A stretch of 64,000 nucleotides of DNA from Pseudomonadota bacterium (GCA_043823065.1 JBDRBB010000006.1:64001-128000); one strand, 5' to 3'. Shown: positions 41,489 to 52,042, counted from the first letter of the stretch. A program made the numbers and translations. The notes: generated by a model from the sequence alone, not told the origin.

Positions 41489-43204
41489 TTAAATTTGAGT
41501 AGCAGCGTCATTATCTAATCTTCTTGCAGAGCTACTTGGCCTTCTTGTACGCGCTGCTCTTTGTAAAATTCCCTGAATTGTTTCAGTACGCTGATCTTCT
41601 TCAATTTCTCTTAAGTTTTGTTCGCCAAGTAACAACTGTGTTCCTTCTGGCAATCTATTCATAATCTCAATTAATCGAGCTACTTGTGCTTCTTCATATT
41701 GATATCCGCGCTCAAAGCTAAGTTGGATATTGCCATCTTCAGTTCTAGTAATAGTTGCATTTTCTCCAAATACTTCTCTTAGCCCAGTAATTGCTTGATC
41801 AATTGCATCTGGTGCTTCAGGAGCTGGCAAGCCATCTGTTCTGCGTTGATGCAAGCGGTCGATCATTTGGCCCATATATTCTTGAGGAGACATTTCTGGA
41901 TTAGCTAAGCGAAATTCTTCTACGCTGCCACCTGGCCAAGATAGTCGTCCGCTAGTTTCATGGAAAGTTGCTCCATCAATCAATTGGGGCTCTTGTCTGG
42001 CTTCTACTTCTGAACCTTCTTCTCCACCTTCTTCAGCTTCAACATTTCTTAATGCATAAGCTCGGCCATCTTGGATTAAAATTGTTTGTCCTCCTGTATA
42101 ATCGTCTGAGCGCTCTCCTTGGCCTGGTGCTGCAACTTGATATACTTGATACTCATCGCCTCCATAAGATTGGTTTTCACCAGTTGGTCTGAGCATTACA
42201 TAATCTGCAGGAGCAGCTCTCTGGATATATAGCTGGTTACTGCCACGTCGTCCCGTACCTGCTACAAAAGGAACTTGTCTATACCCACCATCTTGTTCCA
42301 GATAATAATTTTCACCTACTTGATAAATGTTTGTACCTTCAGGAATACTTAATTCTTCAGTATCTCCACCTGTAACATTAAAGACTCGGGCATCTTGCCT
42401 TTGACCGTCAATCTCTATACTACTATTTTGCTCTCTTGGTTCAACTGTAACATGCGTGCCTCTTGCTGTTGGAGGTCTAGAAAATGGACTGCGGCCTTCT
42501 AATAAACCGCTTCCATAACGCACAAATTCTAAAGCTTCTTCATCATCCATTGGTTCATCGCCAAAACTTCTGGCGATCCAAGCTCCATATTGTTCTGCCC
42601 AATCCTCAGAATCTCTCGCAGGTAGGCCTCTCATTATTTCATCAAATCTAGTGCGATCACCATCTGCTTCGTCTTCAACTCTATCAATAATTCTTCCAGC
42701 TTCCTCTGGAGTATAACCTCGTTCATCTAAATTCTGTACAAGCCGTCTGCGTTGATCAGGTTCTAAAGTGAAATCATCCTCTGATGAATCATCCACATCT
42801 CTATCTCCATCAACATCTGAATCTCCCCAATCGCCACTGCTACTAGGAGCAGGAGGTGGGGGAGCAGACATATATTGCTGGCCTGCTGGCATTACTCCGC
42901 CAAAACCTGGAGCGCCTGCTTGGCCTGGGGCGGCAATTCCACCAGCAGCAGTGATAGCCCTGGTATATCCTTCCAAAGCATTTTCGCCCAGCCAACCAGC
43001 GCCTTGGTGCATACCTCGCGTAGATTCAAAATTTGCAACTCGATTAAAAACATTCATCATAGCGCCATAACTGGAATCAAAAGAATCAACACCAGCTGAG
43101 CCTCCGCTATATAAACTCAAGCCTTGGCCAATTGAGCTGCCATAACTATGAGCTGGCGGCAAACTGACATAAGTTAACATGCTGTTAATTGCTGAATTAA
43201 GCAC
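41489..43204 (-). CDS. Lysine-free orphan protein (~571 aa)
   Basis: 0 Lys. Probable GTG start after GGAGGG (track start 43216). N-terminus resembles that of the 34382 gene. Confidence 0.8.
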   Translation of the reverse strand: MLNSAINSMLTYVSLPPAHSYGSSIGQGLSLYSGGSAGVDSFDSSYGAMMNVFNRVANFESTRGMHQGAGWLGENALEGYTRAITAAGGIAAPGQAGAPGFGGVMPAGQQYMSAPPPPAPSSSGDWGDSDVDGDRDVDDSSEDDFTLEPDQRRRLVQNLDERGYTPEEAGRIIDRVEDEADGDRTRFDEIMRGLPARDSEDWAEQYGAWIARSFGDEPMDDEEALEFVRYGSGLLEGRSPFSRPPTARGTHVTVEPREQNSSIEIDGQRQDARVFNVTGGDTEELSIPEGTNIYQVGENYYLEQDGGYRQVPFVAGTGRRGSNQLYIQRAAPADYVMLRPTGENQSYGGDEYQVYQVAAPGQGERSDDYTGGQTILIQDGRAYALRNVEAEEGGEEGSEVEARQEPQLIDGATFHETSGRLSWPGGSVEEFRLANPEMSPQEYMGQMIDRLHQRRTDGLPAPEAPDAIDQAITGLREVFGENATITRTEDGNIQLSFERGYQYEEAQVARLIEIMNRLPEGTQLLLGEQNLREIEEDQRTETIQGILQRAARTRRPSSSARRLDNDAATQI

Positions 43205-44354
43205 TGACCCCTCCATTCACGTCTCTAATAAAATCTGCGGCGCGCAGTAAACCTTTGGCCTCACCCACAATTCTTTCTGACAAAGGCAAGGTTTCGCGAA
43301 TGCGATCACCTAGGCGATCATTTAGCTCGCGAATTTCCTGCAGGCGATGCTCTACGCGTTGAATGACGTGTTGTTCTAAGATATTTCTTTTAGCCAGAAC
43401 TGTTTCCAGGCCTGGATTTGGTTCATTAAAAATAATTAAGGATTCATCTTCTTGCGGAATGTCGCGCACAAAAACTGGTCTGGCCAAAGCTGCATCTGAA
43501 CCACCTTCTTCGCTAGTATCTCCACCTGCATCTGCGCCAACTCCGCCATCTAAAACTCGGCCTAAATTTCCACCTGCTTCAGACTGATAAACAGCACCGC
43601 CCCGACTGGTTCTAGATGATCTGGAACTGCTGCGATCTGAGCCATCTTTCTCTGAATCTTGGCCTCGTCTTACATCTCTTGGTTCAGCGCTTTCGCCGCG
43701 CACTTGTGGTTGCGGCTGCACAAAACGAGAGGCAAATTCTGCTGCTCTGCTAGCATCTGGCTGCCTGGCTTCCTGAGGTAATCTAGGCTGCTCAGCAGAT
43801 CTGGGCTGAGGTGTTGCTGGCCTATTTACTTGAGGTTGAGGTCTAGCTTGTGGCGCTCCTTGATTTGGAACTGGATTTGGATTTTGAGGCTGCACAAAGT
43901 TTGGAGCTTGTTGCTGTTGATTGGGCAGCGTAGAATTATTGCCTGGTTGTATATCTGGCCGGGCCACAACTGCTTGTGGAGTGGCAGCCTGCTGGGCTGG
44001 TTGAAGAGCTCTGCCTCTAGCTGCTAACTGATTCAAACCTCTGGCTTGAGATTGCGCCTGACGCACTGCTTGTTCATTTCGTTTAGCTGCTTCTTGCTCA
44101 ACCTCTGGTCGCGAGGCTTGCGTTTGGCGTTCTGGTTGTCTGGATTCAGGAGTGCGGCGCGCACTAATATCTGCAGCTCTGGCACGCTGGGCAGCACGTT
44201 CAGTTCTCTCTGCCCTGGAAAGATTAGTTACCATTTCCTTGGCCACAGTCCTTCTTTGTTCTATATGCTGATCATGGCGTTCTTCGCGGGCACGTTCCAG
44301 ACCTTGTTTTTCTTGCCAACCTTCAGCAAAATGATTTGAACCAACTTTAGACAT
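43197..44354 (-). CDS. Lysine-poor Gln/Pro/Arg-rich orphan protein
   Basis: 385 aa with 7 Lys and a strong GGAGGAG RBS. First gene of a 3-gene operon. Confidence 0.8.
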   Translation of the reverse strand: MSKVGSNHFAEGWQEKQGLERAREERHDQHIEQRRTVAKEMVTNLSRAERTERAAQRARAADISARRTPESRQPERQTQASRPEVEQEAAKRNEQAVRQAQSQARGLNQLAARGRALQPAQQAATPQAVVARPDIQPGNNSTLPNQQQQAPNFVQPQNPNPVPNQGAPQARPQPQVNRPATPQPRSAEQPRLPQEARQPDASRAAEFASRFVQPQPQVRGESAEPRDVRRGQDSEKDGSDRSSSRSSRTSRGGAVYQSEAGGNLGRVLDGGVGADAGGDTSEEGGSDAALARPVFVRDIPQEDESLIIFNEPNPGLETVLAKRNILEQHVIQRVEHRLQEIRELNDRLGDRIRETLPLSERIVGEAKGLLRAADFIRDVNGGVSA

Positions 44355-44490
44355 CTGGGAACTCTCCTCCCCGTTTATTAATAACGTACAGCGTACAGCG
44401 CACAGCGTCTAATATTGCGTAACATATTAATATTACAAGACTTATTCATAGGTTAAGCCTCAAATAAGCCATTGTTTCGTCAATATATAA

Positions 44491-44506
44491 TGCAAGCGAG
44501 AGGCCA
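44491..44506 (-). promoter_or_regulatory. sigma54 (-24/-12) promoter
   Basis: Minus strand TGGCctctcgcTTGCA (GG-N10-GC), about 140 nt upstream of 44354. Confidence 0.65.
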
Positions 44507-44765
44507 AAATTAGAAATAAGGAGTCAGAAGACAGGAGTCATAATAAAAAACCTTAAAAGCAAGTAATAACAACTAGTTATACAGCGGAAAAATCAGACGG
44601 AGCAAATTATCTTCATAAAAATAGCAAATAAGTCAAAATTTAGGGCTGAAATTGAGGAATGTAGTCTCCATCAATTAGCAGCTTAGATATGATAGCCGCT
44701 TCCCTTATAATTTTTGCATAGAAGCAATAACAAGTAACTTGTTTCAGACTGCAAATAAAAAACCT

Positions 44766-44802
44766 GGATCGCCACGTCGCCCTCTGGGCTCCTCGCGATG
44801 AC
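44766..44802. repeat. Half copy of the REP/RPE-like palindrome (variant)
   Basis: ggatcgccacgtcgcc..gctcctcgcgatgac resembles the right arms at 33199 and 62177. Confidence 0.6.
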
Positions 44803-44832
44803 GCTCTCAGACCATTTCGATTTTCAACATTT

Positions 44833-44996
44833 AGAAAACTGAACTGAGTGCAACTAAGTGTTGCTTTGCGGCGTGCGAGCGAGCCATGACAGCAGCCTAT
44901 ATATTATGGCGAGCGAAGGACGCTTTCAAAATTTCTGGCGCGTGAGGAAATTTTGGATTTAGCAAAGCAATACTTAGTTGCACGCAGTGTTTTCTC
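44833..44996. repeat. Structured (nested hairpin) intergenic element, copy 2
   Basis: Outer stem ctgagtgcaactaagtgttgctttgc / gcaaagcaatacttagttgcacgcag. The core is shared with 90-149. Confidence 0.6.
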
Positions 44997-45098
44997 TCTT
45001 TACGCACTTTAAAAAAAATGATATTTTCAGTTTGCCTCTGGGACGAGACAATCATAAAAATTATTAGATCTTTAACAAATCCAAGTGGGAGGGGAGTC

Positions 45099-46061
45099 AT
45101 GACAGAGCATTATCAGACAGAAAATGAAAATCTATTTCTTGATCCAGAAGAGGTTGCAGAATTTGAAGATTGGGATAGCAAAGAAGAAGAGGCAACAGAT
45201 GCAACTTCAACAGCAGTTGATGTAAAACCAGCCAAGAGCCAGGTGATTTGTGTAGCCAGCGGCAAAGGCGGTACTGGCAAGACCATGGTGGCAGCTAATT
45301 TGGCAGTCTCCCTGGCTAGAGAAGGGTTAAAAGTTCTTTTAATTGACGCTGATTTCAGTTTAGCCAATTCCCATCTTATTCTGGGTTTAGAACCTGAATA
45401 CGATGTATCTTCTGTTTTCACAGGTGAAAAAACAGTTTCAGAAATTATCATTCCTGGTCCGGGTGGATTAAGACTGGTTCCTGGTGGATCAGGTTTTAGT
45501 GAACTGGCCATGTTGGGCGATGAGAAATTTTTACAACTCATCCAAGGCTTAAAAGATTTGGAAGAAGAATCTGATATAATTTTAGTAGATCTGCCAGCTG
45601 GCATTAATCCTCAAGTCATGTGTCTTTTAAATGCTGCTCATGAAATCATTGTGGTCACCACTCCAGAAGTTACTTCTTTGGTAGATGCTTATGCGTTGAT
45701 TAAGTCCTTAACCAGAATGACCGACAAAGTATCTCCTCAAATCATAATTAATCGCGCCAAAGATAAAGCCAGGGCCATGGTGGCTTTTCAAAAGATTTTT
45801 AGCGTAACCAACAAACACTTAAACGGCAAAGTATCTCCAAAATTATTAGGCTGGGTACCGCAGAATTGGTATGTACTGAATTCAGTGGCAGCCAGAAAAC
45901 CATTGGTACTGCGTCATCCCCAGTGTTTTGCCACAGCCTGCATGGAAATGATTGCCGCCAAAGTCTTAAGACGGCATGTTAAGTGGCTAGATCAACAAGC
46001 AGAAAGTTTAATTTATCCATCATACTTTGGGAAACTAGAAGAAATTGTCTATGGACGCTAA
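45099..46061 (+). CDS. MinD/FlhG (FleN)-like P-loop ATPase
   Basis: SGKGGTGKT deviant Walker A, IDAD..LAN, PGGSG, D.PAGI and TTPE.TSLVDAYALIK. Confidence 0.88.
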   Translation: MTEHYQTENENLFLDPEEVAEFEDWDSKEEEATDATSTAVDVKPAKSQVICVASGKGGTGKTMVAANLAVSLAREGLKVLLIDADFSLANSHLILGLEPEYDVSSVFTGEKTVSEIIIPGPGGLRLVPGGSGFSELAMLGDEKFLQLIQGLKDLEEESDIILVDLPAGINPQVMCLLNAAHEIIVVTTPEVTSLVDAYALIKSLTRMTDKVSPQIIINRAKDKARAMVAFQKIFSVTNKHLNGKVSPKLLGWVPQNWYVLNSVAARKPLVLRHPQCFATACMEMIAAKVLRRHVKWLDQQAESLIYPSYFGKLEEIVYGR

Positions 46062-46719
46062 TTACAAGGCGGGTAGACAACTGAATAAGTTTATTAACAG
46101 ACCTCAGCGGCGGAACATTTTCAATGCTCCGCTTACGGAGATTATTCATCTTCTCAAACAGAACCCCAAGGTAATTGATCCGGAAATACACCCCATTGAT
46201 GCTGATCTATTCATACCCAATATAGGTGAAATAGATATAGTAGGAGTTGACGCAAATCATTTAGTTATGGTCAGTACTTTTATCGATATCAGGGAAGATC
46301 ACCTGCGCAAAGCTGCTAACATTAATCAATGGGTGTTTGAAAACTTAAGCGTGTTAAAACAGACTTATGCTACCAAAGGATTGTCTCATAATTTTACGCC
46401 GCGTATCATCTTGCTTTGCGCTAGAGTACATCCCAGCGCTAATCCTTTATTGCCTTTTATCTCAGATCTTCCGTTAGAAGTTTTCCGCTATCAATATTTT
46501 AAGAATGAAACAAACCGTTATTTAGAACTGACCAAGGTAGAGCCAAATCAAAATAGAATAAAAACTGCCAGCTCTCCTTTATTTACTAAGCTACCCACCA
46601 GAAAAGATGTTGAGCTCACTGCTGAAGAACTAGGCGCCTTTTATGAAGCTGCAGCTGAGCTGGAAGGTGAGGCAGAAGCTGCCCCGGCACTTGATTTTGA
46701 TGGTCCGTATTTTAATTAA
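46051..46719 (+). CDS. Hypothetical protein, possible degenerate PD-(D/E)xK fold
   Basis: Overlaps the upstream ATPase. GEIDIVGVD and PRIILL patterns; acidic tail. Confidence 0.6.
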   Translation: MDANYKAGRQLNKFINRPQRRNIFNAPLTEIIHLLKQNPKVIDPEIHPIDADLFIPNIGEIDIVGVDANHLVMVSTFIDIREDHLRKAANINQWVFENLSVLKQTYATKGLSHNFTPRIILLCARVHPSANPLLPFISDLPLEVFRYQYFKNETNRYLELTKVEPNQNRIKTASSPLFTKLPTRKDVELTAEELGAFYEAAAELEGEAEAAPALDFDGPYFN

Positions 46720-46721
46720 AC

Positions 46722-47465
46722 TCACTTTTCTAAAAACGGTTTAAACAAATCAATGGGTATTGGAAACAAAGTAGTTGTGTTATTTTCACTAGCTACTTCC
46801 CTTAAGGTTTGCAAATAGCGCATTTGCAAGGCCATGGGATGGCCACCCATCAGCTTGGCTGCTTCCACCAATTTTTCCGCAGCTTGAAATTCACCCAAAG
46901 CATTGATTATCTTGGCCCGTCGTTCGCGCTCTGCTTCAGCTTGCCTAGCCATGGCCCTTTTTAGTTCCTCAGTGATATCCACATGCTTTACTTCCACATT
47001 AGCAACTTTAATACCCCAGGGATCTGTTTGTTTATCCAAGATTTCCTGAATCTGCTCATTAATTTCTTCTCGTTTAGACAAGAGCTCATCAAGCTCTCTT
47101 TGACCAATTACGCTTCTTAAAGTTGTTTGCGCCATTTGGCTAGTGGCAAAACCATAGTCTTGCACCTCAATCACTGCTTTGTTTGCCTCTAAAACTCTAA
47201 AATAGACAACAGCATTAACCTGCACTGAAACATTGTCTTTGGTTATAATATCTTGCGGTGGCACATCCAGGGCAAGTAAACGCAAACTCACACGCACCAT
47301 GCGGTCAATGGGTTTAAACACAAAAATAATACCTGGCCCTTTTGGTTCTGGCAAAACCCGACCTAAGCGAAAAATTACGCCACGCTCATATTCATTTAAA
47401 ATTTTGATGCAAGATAAAAGATACAAAACCAAAAAAGTGATTATAACTATCCAAGGTAATGGCAT
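46722..47465 (-). CDS. SPFH/stomatin-like (slipin) protein
   Basis: [42 protein letters not shown] and [15 protein letters not shown]. Confidence 0.95.
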   Translation of the reverse strand: MPLPWIVIITFLVLYLLSCIKILNEYERGVIFRLGRVLPEPKGPGIIFVFKPIDRMVRVSLRLLALDVPPQDIITKDNVSVQVNAVVYFRVLEANKAVIEVQDYGFATSQMAQTTLRSVIGQRELDELLSKREEINEQIQEILDKQTDPWGIKVANVEVKHVDITEELKRAMARQAEAERERRAKIINALGEFQAAEKLVEAAKLMGGHPMALQMRYLQTLREVASENNTTTLFPIPIDLFKPFLEK

Positions 47466-47466
47466 A

Positions 47467-48213
47467 TCAACCTCCTCTTAAAGTTTTCTTTATCGCAAAT
47501 AGATTTGTATCCCATCCCAAACTTGAAATAGCCTCAGTTAAAGGAATTTCTTTGGGGCAAACTTTTGCACAATTGCCACTATTGTTACAATCAGCAATTC
47601 CACTCACTCCCATTAGTGATTCTAAACGCTGGGGAGTATTTATTTTTCCCAAAGGATGCAAATTAAGCAAATAGACCTGGCCCAAGGCGTGTGCACCCAA
47701 ATAATCTGATCTAAAATTATATTGGGGGCAAGCTTCCAGGCAAGCCCCGCACATAATGCATCTAGAAAAAATATAGGCATGCTGCTGCTTGGCAAAAGAC
47801 ATCTGGGGCGCTTCGCCTAAATCATAATAACCATCAAGAACCACCCACGCGCTAATCTTTTTTAAGGCCGCAAATATTTTGCTGCGATCAACATGCAAAT
47901 CCCTAACTGTTGGAAATTTACTTAAGGGTTCTAGCACAATGGGCTGATCCAGTTTATCTATTAAGCTCGAACAAGCCTGCCTAACTTTGCCGTTAATAAT
48001 CATGGTGCATGAACCACAAACTTCTTCTAGACAAGAGCATTCCCAAACCACTGGCTTGGTGGCAATACCTTCAGCTGTTACTGGATTTAAGCGAATGGCC
48101 TGCAAGGCCATAACCACATTTTGGCGCGGCTGATAAGGGACCAGAAACTCTTCCCAATACGGCAAGTCTTCTGGGCTATCTTGGCGTCTAATTTTTAAGT
48201 GTACTTGTTTCAT
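47467..48213 (-). CDS. sdhB: Succinate dehydrogenase/fumarate reductase Fe-S subunit (Bacillus-type)
   Basis: [21 protein letters not shown] and C..SGNC..VCP. Confidence 0.9.
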   Translation of the reverse strand: MKQVHLKIRRQDSPEDLPYWEEFLVPYQPRQNVVMALQAIRLNPVTAEGIATKPVVWECSCLEEVCGSCTMIINGKVRQACSSLIDKLDQPIVLEPLSKFPTVRDLHVDRSKIFAALKKISAWVVLDGYYDLGEAPQMSFAKQQHAYIFSRCIMCGACLEACPQYNFRSDYLGAHALGQVYLLNLHPLGKINTPQRLESLMGVSGIADCNNSGNCAKVCPKEIPLTEAISSLGWDTNLFAIKKTLRGG

Positions 48214-49949
48214 CAATATTTTCTTTCAATCAGTTGAACATCTGAAATTTCCACTTTTTCACTATAATCAAATTCCGGACCCTTGGTTGTATATTTGGCC
48301 TTGGTTATTTTTAACCAATTTTTATCATCGCGCTCTGGAAATTCTGGTCTATAATGCGCCCCTCTGCTTTCTTGGCGATTTTGCGCAGCACGTACAATCA
48401 AACGAGCCAACTCCAATTGGTTATATAGTTTGCGCATGAAAAAAAGCTCTTCATTGTTCCAGAAACCTTGATCCAAAATAAAACTTTTACCAAATCGTTC
48501 TTCCAGTTCGGTAATTTTGTCATCTGCTTTTTCCAGACCAGCATTATCTCTCACAATAAAAACATGTCTAGCCAAGGTTCTGGCTAATTCCTGTTTGATC
48601 TGATGGGGATTTTCCGAACCAGACATAGCCATAATTTGTTTATTGATATCTTCCTGTTTAGTGCGTTCTGCTTCTAAAATTGAAACTGAAATAAGCTCGG
48701 CATTTTTTTCTAACCCTTCAGCATAGGCTAATGCCGCTTGGCTAGCCACTTGACCACCATAAATAACTGAAATCAAAGCGTTGCCACCTAAACAATTGGC
48801 GCCATGATATTGATAATTGCATTCACCTGCAGCAAATAAACCAGCAATATTGGTGCGCTGCTCGAAATCTACCCAAAGCCCACCCATAGTATAATGAACT
48901 GCTGGATAAATTCTCATGGGAACTTTTCTGGGATCTTCTCCTACAAATTTTTGATATGTATCTACTACTGCCATTAAATTTTGCTTGATAATTTTGGGAT
49001 TGAGCTGGGTTAAATCTAGATAAACCACATTTTCACCATCAACACCCAATTTCATTTCATGAATAACTTTGAAAATGGCACGAGCAGCAATATCTCTGGG
49101 GACCAAATTCCCCAATTCCGGATACCATTCTTCTAAAAAATACCAGGGCTTACCATCTTTAAAAGTCCAGACTCGTCCACCTTCGCTACGCGCGCCTTCA
49201 GAAATTACACGCATCTTGTCTTGACCAGGAATGGTTGTAGGATGAAACTGAATAAACTCAGGATTGGCAAATATTGCTCCCTGACGATAGGCTTGGGTGC
49301 TTGCCGCGCCAGTGCAATGAAGGGAAGTTGTGGCATATTGAAAAATTTCGCCAAAACCACCAGTGCACATAATTACAGCATCTGAAGCGAACACCACTAC
49401 TTCTAAAGAATTTCTATCAATGGCCACAATGCCTCGGCAAATTCCTGAATCATCTCTAACCAAAGAAGCAAATTCCCAGTTTTCAAATTTAGTAACTTTC
49501 CCCTCAACTTCAAATTTACGCAATTGGTCATCCAAAGCATACAAGATTTGCTGACCGGTTGTGGAACCAGCAAAACAGGCCCGTTTCTTTTTCACGCCAG
49601 CCAGCTGACGTTGATCTATTAATCCTTCTGAGGTACGGTTAAACATCACTCCCATTCTAGCCAACAAGCGCACAATTCCTGGAGCAGCTCTGCACATTTT
49701 TTGAATTGGAACTTGATGGGCTAAAAAATCTCCACCTAAAATAGTATCATAAATATGCTGTTCTATAGAATCTTGCTGGCCCTTGGTATTAAGCACAGCA
49801 TTAATACCGCCTGCCGCACAAACCGATGGAGAGCGCCGAAAATGTTGAGCTGAAAAAATGGCAACCTCTGCCCCAGCTTCTAAAGCTTTTAGAGCTGCCA
49901 TCTGGCCTGCCAATCCGCCGCCAACTATGATTAGTTTTGGTTTAGTCAT
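48213..49949 (-). CDS. sdhA: Succinate dehydrogenase-like flavoprotein, divergent
   Basis: GGGLAG, TTGQQ, FIQFHPT, GNLVPRD, HYTMGG and ESRGAH. The FAD-His and HGANRL Arg are substituted. Confidence 0.85.
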   Translation of the reverse strand: MTKPKLIIVGGGLAGQMAALKALEAGAEVAIFSAQHFRRSPSVCAAGGINAVLNTKGQQDSIEQHIYDTILGGDFLAHQVPIQKMCRAAPGIVRLLARMGVMFNRTSEGLIDQRQLAGVKKKRACFAGSTTGQQILYALDDQLRKFEVEGKVTKFENWEFASLVRDDSGICRGIVAIDRNSLEVVVFASDAVIMCTGGFGEIFQYATTSLHCTGAASTQAYRQGAIFANPEFIQFHPTTIPGQDKMRVISEGARSEGGRVWTFKDGKPWYFLEEWYPELGNLVPRDIAARAIFKVIHEMKLGVDGENVVYLDLTQLNPKIIKQNLMAVVDTYQKFVGEDPRKVPMRIYPAVHYTMGGLWVDFEQRTNIAGLFAAGECNYQYHGANCLGGNALISVIYGGQVASQAALAYAEGLEKNAELISVSILEAERTKQEDINKQIMAMSGSENPHQIKQELARTLARHVFIVRDNAGLEKADDKITELEERFGKSFILDQGFWNNEELFFMRKLYNQLELARLIVRAAQNRQESRGAHYRPEFPERDDKNWLKITKAKYTTKGPEFDYSEKVEISDVQLIERKY

Positions 49950-49982
49950 TTTATCGTCTGTCGTCTTTCGTACGTCATTAAT

Positions 49983-50504
49983 TTATAATATTATTAACGA
50001 CCAAAATGTTAAACAAAGCATAATTGCCCAAGATATAATGGTCATTCCCTTTTGGGAAGCATTACTCACAGTTATTCCCCAAGAGGCTAAAGCATTGGTC
50101 AGACCATTGGCAAAATGAATTGCTACACTCACCATACCAATTACATAAAAAATCTTGGCCCCTAAAGAGCTAAAATATTGTCCCAAGTTGGCATAATCAT
50201 GACGGCCAATATTCCACAGATAATAAGTAATAAATATAAAAGAAAAAAAAGTGGTGATGATTTGTAAAAAATATAGCCAATTTTGATAATAGGGATAAGC
50301 TATAATATTTACGGAACATTTATAAATAAATAAGAGGCTCAAAAGAAAATAGATAAAAAGCGCGACTTCCAGGGCAATTAATTCAAAGGTCCAAACTTTT
50401 GGAAAAAGATGGGAGGAACTTAAAAAGAAATGCAGGCCAAGAAAATAGCCATAAACCAAAATATTTAAGATGGAATGAAAGCGACGTAATAGAAAATAGT
50501 CCAT
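49983..50504 (-). CDS. SdhC-like membrane anchor, shortened
   Basis: LRRFHS, NW.Y.LQ and HFANGL...WGIT; first gene of the sdhCAB operon. Confidence 0.7.
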   Translation of the reverse strand: MDYFLLRRFHSILNILVYGYFLGLHFFLSSSHLFPKVWTFELIALEVALFIYFLLSLLFIYKCSVNIIAYPYYQNWLYFLQIITTFFSFIFITYYLWNIGRHDYANLGQYFSSLGAKIFYVIGMVSVAIHFANGLTNALASWGITVSNASQKGMTIISWAIMLCLTFWSLIIL

Positions 50505-50600
50505 TAATCTCCCCTATTAACGCGAACATAACTAAATCAGAGCTAAGAAGCAAGACCTTTACCTGCACCCAGGTTATTGTTATAATACAGTCAATTTTTT

Positions 50601-51665
50601 ATGAAAAAAATATTAATTATACTAATTGCGGTCTTGCTGGTTGGATTTAGCATTAAGACCTATTTTGGTTTTAAGGCTGCCAACCAGTTTTTTAAGGAAA
50701 AAAAAGAGAATTTTTTTGGTCTGAAATTTAAGGTAGATAAAATTCGCTTGGATTGGCTACGCACCCGCATTGTTCTCCTTAATGTTAATATTCATCCTGC
50801 TGGCAATAAATCCAGTTATCCGCTTGCTTCAGCTAAAAAAGTGATTTTTGATCTTTCTCCCTTTAAACTTATTCATAAGCAATTTTATGTCACTAAAATA
50901 ATTTTTGAAAAACCAAAATCTTCTTATATAGAATATTCTGCGCAAAAAGCTAACTGGGACGCCTTAAATTTAAGCGAGTTGGATGAAAACAGTTCAAGCA
51001 AAGGCAGTGATTGGCAAATTATAATCGACAAAATTGTAATTAAAGACGGCAATTTCAAATATCGCAGCCTTGTTGATCGTAGTCGCTTAGAACTTAATCA
51101 GGTGGAAGCAACTATAACTAATATAGTTTCTGAACCTAATCCCCAAAAATTGCCTAGTAAGATTTCTTTTAAGTCGCAAGTGGGACGAACCAAAGGCGAA
51201 CTAAATATTAGTGGCCGAGCAAATTTTTTAGCCGAAGGCATTAATTTTAAGCTAAAAGCCAGGCTTTCAGAAATGCCAGTTACTTATTTTTATCCGTTTT
51301 ATGCCGGGCAAATTCCATTTACGATTCAGAGAGGAAAAATATCTGGTAGCAGTGATGCTACTTCTGTGAAAAGTAATTTTATCTCCTATAATAATATTGT
51401 GCTCAAAGATTTAAAAACTGGTGGGCTTAAAGGAAAGCTGGTTAATGCTTTGGTGCTAAAAAATAATAACCGTTTGAAAATAAAAGCTAGCGCCAAAGGC
51501 AATTTAGAAGAAGGCAATATCACCATTGGTTCAGCCACAACCAGAGCCATCTCAGATCAAATTTTGGCTCAAGCCATGAAGCAAACCGCTATTGGCAAGA
51601 CTGGTACCAAGGTTAAGGAAACAGGCAAAAACATTAAACGTAAAATCACCAACATCTTTCGCTAG
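50601..51665 (+). CDS. AsmA/DUF748-family protein
   Basis: N-terminal membrane anchor followed by amphipathic beta-strands (I.KI.I.DG), NW..L motif. Confidence 0.7.
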   Translation: MKKILIILIAVLLVGFSIKTYFGFKAANQFFKEKKENFFGLKFKVDKIRLDWLRTRIVLLNVNIHPAGNKSSYPLASAKKVIFDLSPFKLIHKQFYVTKIIFEKPKSSYIEYSAQKANWDALNLSELDENSSSKGSDWQIIIDKIVIKDGNFKYRSLVDRSRLELNQVEATITNIVSEPNPQKLPSKISFKSQVGRTKGELNISGRANFLAEGINFKLKARLSEMPVTYFYPFYAGQIPFTIQRGKISGSSDATSVKSNFISYNNIVLKDLKTGGLKGKLVNALVLKNNNRLKIKASAKGNLEEGNITIGSATTRAISDQILAQAMKQTAIGKTGTKVKETGKNIKRKITNIFR

Positions 51666-51726
51666 GGACAGGTTTTTGAGTTGACAATCAGGGCCTAAAA
51701 GTGTTCTAAATCGCAGACTTAAATCT

Positions 51727-51798
51727 GGGCGATTAGCTCAGCGGGAGAGCGCTTGCTTTACACGCAAGATGTCACAGGTTCAATCCCTGTATCGCCCA
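51727..51798 (+). tRNA. tRNA-Val(TAC)
   Basis: GGGCGAT/ATCGCCC acceptor stem, anticodon loop TT-TAC-AC and T-arm GGTTCAATCC. Confidence 0.95.
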
Positions 51799-51862
51799 CA
51801 TAAAACAGTTTAAAGTTGAAAGATTAAAGTTTTTTGTATAAGTTGTCGTTCCTGGTAAGCTT

Positions 51863-51930
51863 GTCATTCCCGCGAAAGCGGGAATCTACAGTGTTTAAAT
51901 GGTCTGGATCCCTGCTTTCGCAGGGATGAC
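51863..51930. repeat. REP-like palindrome (GTCATTCCCGCGAAAGCGGGAATC family) between the tRNAs
   Basis: gtcattcccgcgaaagcgggaatct...ggatccctgctttcgcagggatgac. Confidence 0.8.
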
Positions 51931-51949
51931 AACATAAGGTGCTGTAAGC

Positions 51950-52023
51950 GGGGACGTAGATCAATTGGTTAGATCGCCGCCCTGTCACGGCGGAGGTTGC
52001 GAGTTCGAGCCTCGTCGTCCCCG
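51950..52023 (+). tRNA. tRNA-Asp(GTC)
   Basis: GGGGACG/CGTCCCC acceptor stem, CCGCC-CTGTCAC-GGCGG anticodon arm and GTTCGAG T-loop. Confidence 0.95.
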
Positions 52024-52042
52024 CTCACAGCATTTAACCTTT

